Origin: an uncultured cyanobacterium
Lineage (GTDB): Bacteria > Cyanobacteriota > Cyanobacteriia > Cyanobacteriales > Nostocaceae
DNA length: 64,000 nucleotides
Direction of reading: 5' to 3'
Assembly (NCBI GenBank): GCA_963740315.1
Contig: CAVUDP010000002.1
Span: forward strand, 1,888,001-1,952,000
Within the stretch, counting starts at the first letter, position 1; each line of letters starts with the position of its first letter. Below, piece after piece: positions 37,936 to 47,735 of this stretch. The position numbers and the translations under genes are program-made. The notes beneath the pieces were generated by a model. It saw nothing but the letters and a program-made list of their open reading frames with translations, made no database searches and had not been told where the DNA came from.

Positions 37936-38550
37936 TCAAAATTCAACATCATCAATCAGTACTTCCAAAGCCGACTCTTGATTATCTGCCGATAAATTAT
38001 CAAATACTTTATTTAATACATCTGGAGATACATTTTTAACAAACCAATCATCGCTAGGATTTTCTTGAATATCTAAAAAATATTTTAGACGTTCTTCTAT
38101 AGCTTGCTTATCCGGTTTATCTAATTGTCCAATTCTATTTAACCAGTTTCCCTTGGCATCTTTAAAACAGTTGGCATCAATAGTAAAAATGTGGTGAACT
38201 AAAGCAAAAGATTGTTTATTAAATCCATTTCGATTTGTGGGATTAATTGGATAAGCTGTTGGTAAACCTTTATCTCTTTCTCGCATAGCAAAAGTTAAAG
38301 GAATTGCGGTAAAAGTATCTATATAATTGACACCATTTTTAAATTTATCGGATGTCCAAATAATATAAGGCTGTTCTCTACGAAACACCATACTGTAATT
38401 AATTATTTGCCTGCAAGAAGCTGTTTTACAGGAAATTTTATCGGATTCCTCTAAATTATAAATGTGAATATGACCGAGTTTACAACGAAGAAATACGCGG
38501 TAGGGATTTATTAAATATATCCAACCTTGTCTAGGTTTGTTTCCAGCCAC
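37936..38550 (-). CDS. PemK/MazF-like toxin (divergent)
   Basis: PRQGWIYLIN, PYIIWTSD, TAIPLT, NGFNKQSFALVHHIFTID..RIGQLD pattern. Confidence 0.7.
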   Translation of the reverse strand: MAGNKPRQGWIYLINPYRVFLRCKLGHIHIYNLEESDKISCKTASCRQIINYSMVFRREQPYIIWTSDKFKNGVNYIDTFTAIPLTFAMRERDKGLPTAYPINPTNRNGFNKQSFALVHHIFTIDANCFKDAKGNWLNRIGQLDKPDKQAIEERLKYFLDIQENPSDDWFVKNVSPDVLNKVFDNLSADNQESALEVLIDDVEF

Positions 38551-38559
38551 TTGATAATC

Positions 38560-39039
38560 CTAATTCAATTCACCGATTAATTTTTTTCTTTCTAACTGTA
38601 AATTAAGTTTAACTTTTTCTTCTGGTTTATTCTCTTTAACCTCAGCCATTGGAGCAGTACTATACACATAATCTGATAACTGCATCATTTTATCTTGCCC
38701 AGTACCAGCCCATTCTCTTCTAATATTATTAAGCATCAACTTTAAACTTACAGGTAATTGTAGATCGTCGATATTTCCTGCTTTCACACCAAGTTTAATA
38801 AACGTTGTATTAAATTCGGTTTCTATACTAATTTCTTTGCCATTCATTTTATCTAAAGCAGCGTTTATATCTTCATGCCAAGGACCTAAATGATAATAAT
38901 ACCAATCTAATTGAGTAAGTTGTTTTCCCGTCCATTTCACTGCATAAAGGTCAGCTAAATACAAAAACCGGATCAGTTGTATTTTGGTAGCATGACCTTT
39001 TGTTGCGTATGCAAAGTATTTTATAAGTTTGTCTAACAT
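38560..39039 (-). CDS. Panacea (DUF4065/GepA-like) antitoxin
   Basis: KIQLIRFLYLAD..GKQLT..WYYYHLGPW and YVYSTAPM motifs; directly upstream of the MazF-like gene. Confidence 0.8.
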   Translation of the reverse strand: MLDKLIKYFAYATKGHATKIQLIRFLYLADLYAVKWTGKQLTQLDWYYYHLGPWHEDINAALDKMNGKEISIETEFNTTFIKLGVKAGNIDDLQLPVSLKLMLNNIRREWAGTGQDKMMQLSDYVYSTAPMAEVKENKPEEKVKLNLQLERKKLIGELN

Positions 39040-39108
39040 CGCTTTTAGCTATGCATTATAAAATTTACCATGATAGTTTAAAAGTCGTAAGTTGACTTAA
39101 TCGATTAA

Positions 39109-39507
39109 TCAAATAAATAACCCAGCATCAGTATTAAAAAAATTGCCTAAAGCTTTTGCTTGTGCTTTGCTAATTTCTCGCTTACCATTGATAATTTCCG
39201 ATACTACACCACTAGAACCAATTACATCAATCAAATCAGCTTGTTTCAAACCACGAACTTCCATCAAATGCAGAAGCATCGACAATGGAGTTGTTTCACC
39301 CATCGGATATGCATCATTTTCATATTTTTCTATTAATGCAATCAATAATTCATATAAAGCTGATTCTTCCGAAGTTCTATTAGTTCTGTGTGCTAGTTCC
39401 TCCGCTATTGCTATTGCTTGTTCATTTTCTGCGTCATTTGTAATTACTTTCGGTTGGTATTTAGCTAACAACTGAGCGTAAGTTTCTCGATTAAAAGTAA
39501 GGGTCAT
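39109..39507 (-). CDS. higA: HigA-family antitoxin (HTH)
   Basis: LIEKYE, LMEVRGLKQADL..GVVSEIINGKREISK motifs; overlaps higB. Confidence 0.9.
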   Translation of the reverse strand: MTLTFNRETYAQLLAKYQPKVITNDAENEQAIAIAEELAHRTNRTSEESALYELLIALIEKYENDAYPMGETTPLSMLLHLMEVRGLKQADLIDVIGSSGVVSEIINGKREISKAQAKALGNFFNTDAGLFI

Positions 39508-39790
39508 TTTTCCACTTGTCTTTATCGTATTCGGCGTGAGTTAAAATATATTTTACAAAAATCGTCTGGTCTGCATATACAATATCTACAATCAGTCGAT
39601 ATGTATTACCTTTGATATTGAAAACAGTCAAATTCCCTACTGATTCAGCAGTGGAATATACTGCTTGCACCTCGATTAAATTAGTCCATTTTGCCTTACT
39701 AGCAAATTTATACCAATTATTTAAAGTTTCGTAGGAATCGGGATGAGTACCCCAAAATTCCCGAAGTTTTTTACGACTAATTATATGCAT
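39491..39790 (-). CDS. higB: HigB-family mRNA interferase toxin
   Basis: MHIISRKKLREF, VFNIKGNTYRLI and LTHAEYDK motifs. Confidence 0.92.
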   Translation of the reverse strand: MHIISRKKLREFWGTHPDSYETLNNWYKFASKAKWTNLIEVQAVYSTAESVGNLTVFNIKGNTYRLIVDIVYADQTIFVKYILTHAEYDKDKWKNDPYF

Positions 39791-39875
39791 CCTAATTTAT
39801 TTATCTCCAAACTATGCTCTCAAAATGAGAGCAAGCTGTCAAGTATAAGTTTTAGGAAGGTTTATATCACTAGTC

Positions 39876-40085
39876 GTAGGTTGGGTTAGACACGAGCAGG
39901 CAATTTGAATTGTTACGAGAACTTATATTTTCCTGTAGTAACCTAACATCGTAAATGTGGATAAGCAAGATTATTTTTGATTGTATGTAGAATGTTGGAA
40001 AATACCAACAAATTGATATTGGGTTACAACGATGCAGATTATTTTGATGCAAAGATAATTCCGAAATGCGTCTAACCCAACCTAC
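39876..40085. repeat. 210-bp REPIN/MITE-like element with 16-bp terminal inverted repeats
   Basis: GTAGGTTGGGTTAGAC ... GTCTAACCCAACCTAC with an inner GTAACCTAACA / TATTGGGTTAC pair. Confidence 0.8.
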
Positions 40086-40119
40086 AAACTGTTAACTGCT
40101 CACTGCTCACTGCTCACTG

Positions 40120-42354
40120 TTAACTGTTAAACCGATACATCATCACCTTAGCTTTGGCATCTTCCTCTACAAATACTAAATATTCGCCATTTTTACGTCG
40201 AAAAGCACGCACACCATAAGGTATATCAACCCAACCTGTTTCTCCGAAGACTTCCGCACCGGGTTTCAAAATCTTGACTTGTCTTCCCGTTTTCGCATCA
40301 TAAACATAAACTTCGGCTTTCTTCACGGTGACTGCAAAGACATAATCTCCCGCTATACTCATTGCTGCTGGATTCAATACTTCCGGAGGTGCGCTTTTAT
40401 CTACGGGAAGCACTATTCGATATTTTGGTTGACGATTTCCTTTGCTCCAGTTGTCGTAACGAGCGATTTCGGAGCCGATTAATTTCGCGTAATCGCTGTT
40501 AATTGCGGGATTATCTTCTGTATAACCGGATAAATACATGGTGTCGGTTTCGGGGAAATATTCGATTCTGCGTAAGTCACCAAATATTTTGGGATGGTTG
40601 ATTTTTTCCATCTTGCTGTAGCTGTAGATGGGGTTGCCGTTTTTATCCAATCCCTGTAACGGAAAATGACGAATCCCGACACCATCTTGAGTACGCAAAG
40701 TTTTCCAAATGTCGCCTTTACTATCTACCCACCATCCACCAATATAGGGATAATCTTCACTTTTTTCGTATTCGTTGCTTTCAAATTTACCGTTACCGTT
40801 TTTATCGCGCCAAATCCATTCACCGGATTTTGGTTGAAAGGGAGGAAAATCACCTCCGATAGCTTGTTTACCTTCTGGGTGAGTACCGACAAACATCCCT
40901 GAAGGTATGGCAATTTCACCATCGGTTTGTTTGTTGAAACGGTAGATTTGCAGCTTTCCACCGTACATATCTGTTAAATATAAAAAGGTTTTACCCTGAA
41001 TATGACGTACAAATGGCGCATCTGAGGGGATATGCAAGCGAGCATCTTGAGGATATTTGAAAGCGTTTAAAGTGTAGCCTTTGTAAGTTGCTTCCTTACC
41101 TGGTGGTTTGCTGTAATCCATTGCGAAGCGTTCGTTTTTGGTATATACATCCAAGCCGTTGGTTGCTGGATTGACATCAGCATTATCCAGAAATTGCAAT
41201 CCTAATAGCTTCCACTCTAATTTACCCGATGCAGAAAACTTGCGTAAATCTACTCCCGATCGCTCAAAACCATCGTTACTAACATAAATATTACCCCAAC
41301 TATCGCTACCAACTCCAGAAATACCGTAGAATTTTAAATCTTTAACTTCTCCTGGAATTCCCGCATAAATTCCACCTTTTTCACCAAATGTACCAATTTG
41401 TTTTGGTTTATTATTAATATCGTAAACTAAAATTTGCTGGCGAGATCCATTTTCTGCAACTAAAAGTCTACCGCGATTATCAACAGCAACTGCACTCGGT
41501 TTATTGAAATTAGAAATAACTCCCGGTAACTGTTTTCCTTGTTTTGAATAACTTACAACTTGATTATCTCGAATTATCCATAAATTACCTGTTTTATCTA
41601 CAGCAATGTTCCCAGGTTTTGCTAGATTAAAACTACGTAATTCCTGCATCGTATCGGTATTGTAGACGCGCACTTTATTAGCCGCACTATCGCTAACAAA
41701 TAACTCTGTGCCTACAGTTGCTAGTCCCGTTACTTCCGAATCGGTACTAACAATTAACATACTTTTATCCCACCCCTTCCCATTTGCAAAAGGTGCAGGT
41801 TTCCCAGTTAAATCGTAACGTCGTACACAATACCAATCCGTTCCTTTTGGCGGAAATCCATCTTTCTTTTGCTCGATCCCCGATTGCTTCATCGCCACAT
41901 ATATATATTTATTATCTGCTGCGATCGCAACTCCACCGTTTCTTCCCCATCCGTGTAAATCTTCTGCTTTACCAATTACATCCCCATTTCTATAAATCCC
42001 AACTTCTCTACCTGCTTCATCCCATTCACTATTCGTATAAATAGTTCCATCGGGAGCCACATACATCCCGCTAATTTGGATTTGTACCCATTTATCGCCA
42101 CCTCCAAAACTGTTACCAATCCACGAAGTTGTATAGCGAGTTGAAGAAGCAGCAGGGGTCATTTTTCCATCCAAATGAATTGCAACGATAATCGAAACAG
42201 CTATAGCAGCACTGAAGATTAACAAAAATTTCTCAGTTTTACGATATTTAATGTTGGTATTACTAAATAAGCTTTGAATATACGAATAAAATCTAAGCAA
42301 TTGCTTTTTTTGCTTCTGAGAGAATCTGTTCGTTTTTGCCAATAATTTATTCAT
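40120..42354 (-). CDS. Membrane-anchored or secreted NHL-like beta-propeller protein of unknown function
   Basis: Hydrophobic segment near the N-terminus, repeats such as PSAVAVDNRGRLLVAE, and a DKNGNGKFE Ca-binding-like loop. Start uncertain. Confidence 0.75.
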   Translation of the reverse strand: MNKLLAKTNRFSQKQKKQLLRFYSYIQSLFSNTNIKYRKTEKFLLIFSAAIAVSIIVAIHLDGKMTPAASSTRYTTSWIGNSFGGGDKWVQIQISGMYVAPDGTIYTNSEWDEAGREVGIYRNGDVIGKAEDLHGWGRNGGVAIAADNKYIYVAMKQSGIEQKKDGFPPKGTDWYCVRRYDLTGKPAPFANGKGWDKSMLIVSTDSEVTGLATVGTELFVSDSAANKVRVYNTDTMQELRSFNLAKPGNIAVDKTGNLWIIRDNQVVSYSKQGKQLPGVISNFNKPSAVAVDNRGRLLVAENGSRQQILVYDINNKPKQIGTFGEKGGIYAGIPGEVKDLKFYGISGVGSDSWGNIYVSNDGFERSGVDLRKFSASGKLEWKLLGLQFLDNADVNPATNGLDVYTKNERFAMDYSKPPGKEATYKGYTLNAFKYPQDARLHIPSDAPFVRHIQGKTFLYLTDMYGGKLQIYRFNKQTDGEIAIPSGMFVGTHPEGKQAIGGDFPPFQPKSGEWIWRDKNGNGKFESNEYEKSEDYPYIGGWWVDSKGDIWKTLRTQDGVGIRHFPLQGLDKNGNPIYSYSKMEKINHPKIFGDLRRIEYFPETDTMYLSGYTEDNPAINSDYAKLIGSEIARYDNWSKGNRQPKYRIVLPVDKSAPPEVLNPAAMSIAGDYVFAVTVKKAEVYVYDAKTGRQVKILKPGAEVFGETGWVDIPYGVRAFRRKNGEYLVFVEEDAKAKVMMYRFNS

Positions 42355-43078
42355 AAGCTTCTTTATTTGTTGCTTTTTACCTATATATAATGTTATGTCT
42401 AATAGTATTTATCAAAAATATCGATAGAAAGGATAGATATTTGTTATATTAAGAATCTAGAATATATGGTTAACTAGTGAGGATAAATAGTCTTTATCAA
42501 TAAGACAAGTCAGAATTCATTAAATTGATTTCACATCTAATTTGATTTATATCTTATTTTATCTGATTAAAAAAATATGTGTTAAATATATAAAAATGAC
42601 AATAATTAAACATTTTATTATTCCAAATACCTTATACTTCAGATTAAGCCAAAGCTTTGTAATTCAGCTTTCATCAATAAGAATATAAGCAATTGCAAAG
42701 TTTGGATTTGTTTTACACAAAATTCATGAAATTAACACAAAAAATTCAAATAAATATTGATGATTTTCAAAATCAAATAGGAAGATAGATATTATTATCA
42801 ATACTTATAATTTTACGTGTCAAAAAATACATTTGATTCAGTATTAAAGTGTTTCTTTATACATTGGCTAAGGCTATAGAACGTAAATTCTTAATAGTTT
42901 ATATTGGTCTGAATCATCTTTAAGCACCATGTAGCATAATTTTCGATTCTCAGAAAAAATAGGTATAAACGAGTTAAAATTAGACGAATCATGTAGTTTC
43001 ACCTATATCTATAAATACTAAAAATACCAGAAACACAACTTCGAGTACATATTAAATTGAAAATTATAGGAAAATTTT

Positions 43079-44269
43079 ATGAGTTACATGGGAGCAGCAA
43101 AAGTGATATGTGATGAAAAAAACTATACATCGGTAAAACCTGCATCCATACTTTGCTTGGGTTTGGGCTGGTTTCCCAAAACTCCTGGTGGCTTGGAAAG
43201 GTACGTTTACGAACTTACGTTGAGATTGGCGAAGAATAAAGACCAAGTAGAATTATGTGGGGTAGGTTTACCCGATGATGCTAACCTCCCGATCGCAATG
43301 ACAAATTTAGCCGCACCAGACACTTCCATATTAAAAAGATTGTGGGCGGTAAGGAATAACTTTAAAAAAACCAGGATAACCAAGCCAGATGCAATAAACT
43401 TGCACTTTGCTTTATATAGCCTACCAATATTGGACTTATTACCAGCAGATGTGCCAATAACCTTCAATTTTCACGGTCCTTGGGCATCTGAGTCTTTAGA
43501 GGAAGGAGTTGATAGCATTACAGCTTTGCTGAAGAAATCTTTTGTAGAACAAAGAACTTATCGACGCTGCGATCGCTTCATAGTTCTGAGTAAAGCGTTC
43601 GGTAATATTCTGCATCAACAGTATCAAGTTCCTTGGGAGAAAATTCACGTAATCCCCGGTGGAGTTGATATTAATAGTTTTAAACCAGACTTATCAATTA
43701 TTGAAGCACGAAAAAAACTGGGATGGTCGGTAGAACGTCCTACAGTATTTACATCTCGGCGTTTAGTGCATCGCGTCGGACTTGATAAATTATTAATAGC
43801 CTTAGCTCAAATTAAACCAAAAATTCCCGATATATACTTGGCGATCGCCGGAAGAGGACCTTTACAAAATAGTTTGCAGCAACAAGTTATAGAATTAGGA
43901 CTTGAAGACAACGTTAATTTTTTAGGTTTCCTACCCGACGAACTTTTACCAGTTGCGTATCAAGCAGCAGATTTATCAATAATGCCTTCACAATCCTTTG
44001 AAGGTTTTGGGTTAGCCATAGTAGAATCTCTCGCTTGCGGTACTCCCGTCATCTGTACCCCCGTTGGTGGAATGCCGGAAATTCTCGAACCATTTTCACC
44101 CGATTTAATTACAGAGTCAATTGAAGTCAGCGCGATCGCGAAAAAATTAGAACAGGTATTTTTAGGTGAAATCACCAAACCCTCACGAAAAGAATGTCGC
44201 GAATATGCAGTTAATAACTTCGATTGGGACAAAATCGCTCAACAAGTGAGAAAAGTTATCTTAGCATGA
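43079..44269 (+). CDS. GT4 glycosyltransferase
   Basis: GGLERY, FHGPW, RRLVHRVG and EGFGLAIVESLACGTPV motifs. Confidence 0.92.
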   Translation: MSYMGAAKVICDEKNYTSVKPASILCLGLGWFPKTPGGLERYVYELTLRLAKNKDQVELCGVGLPDDANLPIAMTNLAAPDTSILKRLWAVRNNFKKTRITKPDAINLHFALYSLPILDLLPADVPITFNFHGPWASESLEEGVDSITALLKKSFVEQRTYRRCDRFIVLSKAFGNILHQQYQVPWEKIHVIPGGVDINSFKPDLSIIEARKKLGWSVERPTVFTSRRLVHRVGLDKLLIALAQIKPKIPDIYLAIAGRGPLQNSLQQQVIELGLEDNVNFLGFLPDELLPVAYQAADLSIMPSQSFEGFGLAIVESLACGTPVICTPVGGMPEILEPFSPDLITESIEVSAIAKKLEQVFLGEITKPSRKECREYAVNNFDWDKIAQQVRKVILA

Positions 44270-44270
44270 A

Positions 44271-44343
44271 GGTTCGTAGTAAGGGCTTAAGCCCTTCAGA
44301 TTTAGAGTTAAATCCGGAACGAAGACAGCGCTCACTACGAACC
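44271..44343. repeat. GTAG-type REP element
   Basis: GGTTCGTAGTAAG ... CTCACTACGAACC terminal IR with internal AAGGGCTTAAGCCCTT palindrome. Confidence 0.7.
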
Positions 44344-44417
44344 CTGTAAAGTATCTCCCTTCATCTGGGGAATTTTCTTGTAACTATCTAATTTCAACTT
44401 AAAAACCTGACGGGGTA

Positions 44418-45287
44418 TTGATGATGAAGTTAAGCGTTATTATACCGTGTTTCAATGCAGCAGATACTATTGCAGTACAGCTAGAAGCATTAGCGCAACA
44501 AGAATGGTTAGAGCCGTGGGAAATTATTATTGCCGATAACGGTTCGACAGATGAAACAATAAACATTGTGCAAACCTATCAACAACGTTTGCCCAACTTA
44601 AAAATTGTCGATGCATCCAAAAAACGGGGAGCAGCCCACGCTCGTAATGTTGGTGCTAGCGTCGCAGAGTCTGAATCATTAGCTTTTTGCGATGCTGACG
44701 ATGAAGTCGCTCCCGGTTGGGTAGCAGCAATGGGTAAAGCTTTGTGCGAATATGACTTAGTAGGTGGACGAGACGAACACTACAAACTTAACGAACCTTG
44801 GTTAGTTAAAACTTTCGGATGTGAAAACGGTTTTGGAGTTGGTTTCGATCATCCATATTTACCATTAATAAGTGGGAATAACTTTGGTGTTAAACGTCAA
44901 CTTCATCAAGCCATCGGTGGTTTTGATGAAAATATCGCCATACTTGATGACGTTGATTATGGTTGGAGAATTCAACAGCAGGGAATTAAACCTCATGAAG
45001 TAGAAGATGCGTTAATTCATTTCCGGTTTCGCAACAGCATCAAAGATATTTGCAGTCGTGCTTGGAACATGGGTTGTCAAGAACCATTAATGTACAAAAA
45101 GCATCGACAAATGGGAATGCCTCAACTTATTTCATGGAAGACTATTATTAAAACAGTAGTAATGTTTCCCTTACGTTTCCTAACTCGAACCCGCGACAAA
45201 GGTACTTTAACACAAACCTTAATGGATTTAGCTTGGCGCGGAGGTCAATTACAAGGTTGCTTCAAATATAATTATTTACCTTGGTGA
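44418..45287 (+). CDS. GT2 glycosyltransferase
   Basis: SVIIPCFN, ADNGSTD, ARNVG, FCDADD and GGFDE motifs. Confidence 0.92.
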   Translation: MMMKLSVIIPCFNAADTIAVQLEALAQQEWLEPWEIIIADNGSTDETINIVQTYQQRLPNLKIVDASKKRGAAHARNVGASVAESESLAFCDADDEVAPGWVAAMGKALCEYDLVGGRDEHYKLNEPWLVKTFGCENGFGVGFDHPYLPLISGNNFGVKRQLHQAIGGFDENIAILDDVDYGWRIQQQGIKPHEVEDALIHFRFRNSIKDICSRAWNMGCQEPLMYKKHRQMGMPQLISWKTIIKTVVMFPLRFLTRTRDKGTLTQTLMDLAWRGGQLQGCFKYNYLPW

Positions 45288-45305
45288 ACAATAGTCCTTT
45301 AAAAC

Positions 45306-46457
45306 ATGAAAATCTTATTTTTAGATCAAAGCGGTAAACCTGGCGGTGCTGAATTATGTTTAATCGATATTGCTAAACCTTATCAAAATGATTGCTTGGT
45401 AGGATTATTTGCGGATGGTTCTTTTAAGGATTTATTAGAAAAAAATCATATTCCGGTAACAGTTTTAACTAGTCAAGCTATACAAGTAAAAAAAGAAAGT
45501 TCTCTTAGTCAAGGATTGGCAAGTATTACTCAACTTGCACCTTTAATTACTAAAGTCGTAAAAATTGCCCGAAATTACGATTTAATCTACGCAAATACCC
45601 AAAAAGCATTAGTTGTAGGTGCGATCGCCAGCTTTTTTAGCAATCGTCCTCTAGTATTTCACCTACACGATATTCTTTCACCAGAACACTTTAGTCAAAC
45701 TAACCGTCGCATTTCAGTTACTTTAGCAAATCGTGCATCGTTAGTTATTGTTAATTCTCAAGCTAGTAAAAAAGCCTTTATCGAAGCAGGTGGGAAACCC
45801 GATAAAGTCGAGATCGTTTACAACGGTTTCGATCCCCAAAATTATGTAACTCAAGAATCTGAAATTAAGCAACTTAGAGAAAAATTAGAACTCGATGATA
45901 AATTTATCGTCGGACACTTCAGCCGTCTTGCACCTTGGAAGGGACAGCATATATTAATTGAAGCGATCGCAAAATGTCCGTCAGAAGTTACGGTAATCTT
46001 AGTTGGAGATGCTTTATTTGGCGAACAAGATTACGTCAAACAGCTACACCAGCAAATCGATCGATTACAACTCCAAAACCGAGTCAAATTTTTAGGTTTT
46101 CGTCACGATATTCCCCTTTTAATGGCAGCTTGCGATCTAGTTGCTCACACTTCCACTGCTCCCGAACCTTTTGGAAGAGTAATTGTAGAAGCCATGCTAT
46201 CGGGAACACCCGTAGTTGCAGCAGCATCCGGAGGTGCAGTTGAGTTAGTCACAGATGGTATAAACGGTTTTTTAGCGACTCCGGGAAATCCCCAGGAGCT
46301 TACCGAAGTTATCAACACCTGCCTATCTGACAAGCAAAAGACTGCCGCCATCGCGTCAACAGCCCGCAACACCGCCAGTCAAAGATTTAATGTAGCAAAT
46401 ATCGATCGGCAAATTGCTCAGTTACTTGGACAGTTACCAGTTACCAGTAACCAGTAA
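45306..46457 (+). CDS. GT4 glycosyltransferase
   Basis: GGAE, RLAPWKGQ and EPFGRVIVEAM motifs. Confidence 0.92.
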   Translation: MKILFLDQSGKPGGAELCLIDIAKPYQNDCLVGLFADGSFKDLLEKNHIPVTVLTSQAIQVKKESSLSQGLASITQLAPLITKVVKIARNYDLIYANTQKALVVGAIASFFSNRPLVFHLHDILSPEHFSQTNRRISVTLANRASLVIVNSQASKKAFIEAGGKPDKVEIVYNGFDPQNYVTQESEIKQLREKLELDDKFIVGHFSRLAPWKGQHILIEAIAKCPSEVTVILVGDALFGEQDYVKQLHQQIDRLQLQNRVKFLGFRHDIPLLMAACDLVAHTSTAPEPFGRVIVEAMLSGTPVVAAASGGAVELVTDGINGFLATPGNPQELTEVINTCLSDKQKTAAIASTARNTASQRFNVANIDRQIAQLLGQLPVTSNQ

Positions 46458-46580
46458 CCAGTTAGGAGTAATTAAGGTTAAAGGTTAAAGGTTAAAGGTT
46501 AAAGGTCTTTTTATCCCCATCTCCTTGTCCCCCCATCTCCTTGTCTCCCCATCCCCCCATCCCCCCATCCCCTTGTCTCC
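46431..46580. repeat. STRR arrays (CAGTTAC/CAGTAAC, AAAGGTT, CCCCATC)
   Basis: Three adjacent heptamer families; the first supplies the last codons and stop of the GT4 gene. Confidence 0.85.
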
Positions 46581-46907
46581 TCACGCTGCTTCCCGCAACT
46601 GAGGCTTTTGCGATGTTTCTGTAAACGAAAACTGTAACTGTTCTGCAACGGGAGCAATTTCATGCTGCAAAACTTCTACATCTATATTTACGCTAATCAA
46701 ATAATTACCCGCATCAGCATCAACTGCTTCAGCGATTAAGTTGGCAATATCTGGACGTTTGGAACTAAGCACGTCACGCAAAATACATTTATCCCATTCG
46801 TGCTTGGCTGTAGGGTTGATACTCAGAATAAAGTGCTTAACCATAGGACAAATTTTATTTATTTTCTCGAAGGCTGCTATATCGGCATTTTCTCTATTAT
46901 AGTTCAT
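46581..46907 (-). CDS. Hypothetical protein (108 aa)
   Basis: Plausible composition and placement; no recognised motif. Confidence 0.6.
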   Translation of the reverse strand: MNYNRENADIAAFEKINKICPMVKHFILSINPTAKHEWDKCILRDVLSSKRPDIANLIAEAVDADAGNYLISVNIDVEVLQHEIAPVAEQLQFSFTETSQKPQLREAA

Positions 46908-47245
46908 TAGTACTATTTAGCCAATATTTCTTCAGGAGTAGGTAAAAATCGAGCGAGAAAATAGAAGATTTCAGCTAAAACTCTTCTTATGACTTGCTTC
47001 TTCGCAAATTATCAAGACTGGCGACTAAAACAAAGCTTGTTGCTAAAGTATGAGACGAGTTTATTCCTACGGTGAGAGCAAAGACAAAACAATAACATCT
47101 ATTGTGTTTATTAGTGGTCCTTGGGTTGTGGCTCACACAATTAAAAGTGCTTTTGACTAGCGCCATTCCCATTCCTCAGTCCTTGGATTAGCTGATTTCG
47201 TCGAAAGTATCGTTTTTATTGTTGAAACCTCAAAGGAAAATTACC

Positions 47246-47548
47246 ATGAAGCTTACCAATTTATCTAAAACTCTCTGTGCTAGCGCTTTTGCTGTTAGTG
47301 TAGCTGCTTTACCTTTATCCCTTCCTGCATCTGCTCAGACAGATCAAACAAATCCTGTAGGTGTAGATACTAATAGAACAATCGCCGTTGAAGAAAATGA
47401 CGGTTTTGATTGGGGATGGTTAGGCTTATTAGGTTTGCTTGGACTAGCAGGATTAGGAGGTCGTAACAAGCGTAATGATACAGTAGCTTATCGCGACCCT
47501 AACGATGTTACCGGAACTGGTACTACAGGAACATCCACCAGATATTAA
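47246..47548 (+). CDS. WGxxGxxG-CTERM family secreted/membrane protein
   Basis: Signal peptide ending PASA, FDWGWLGLLGLLGLAGL motif, basic tail, YRDP; AAGGA RBS before ATG 47246. Confidence 0.9.
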   Translation: MKLTNLSKTLCASAFAVSVAALPLSLPASAQTDQTNPVGVDTNRTIAVEENDGFDWGWLGLLGLLGLAGLGGRNKRNDTVAYRDPNDVTGTGTTGTSTRY

Positions 47549-47566
47549 GTTACTAATAATATGCTG

Positions 47567-47602
47567 AGGGGGAATCAATTGTCTAAAATTGATTCCCCTT
47601 TT
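47567..47602 (+). terminator. Intrinsic terminator
   Basis: GGGGAATCAATT-GTCTAA-AATTGATTCCCC followed by TTTT. Confidence 0.75.
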
Positions 47603-47608
47603 GAATAG

Positions 47609-47735
47609 AGCAGAGGAAGCAGAGGAAGCAGAGGAAGCAGAGGGAGCAGAGGAAGTAAAAAGATTTTAATAATTGATAACTCACTGCTAACTGCTCACTG
47701 CTAACTGCTAACTGCTAACTGCTCACTGATAACTG
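47609..47735. repeat. Tandem arrays (GCAGAGGAA)n and (ACTGCTA/ACTGCTC)n
   Basis: Tandem 9-nt and 7-nt units between convergent genes. Confidence 0.85.

Noticed and set aside
33690..40120. Integrative element or prophage at tRNA-Thr
   Set aside because: No integrase or phage genes, and no repeat of the tRNA 3' end was found by eye.
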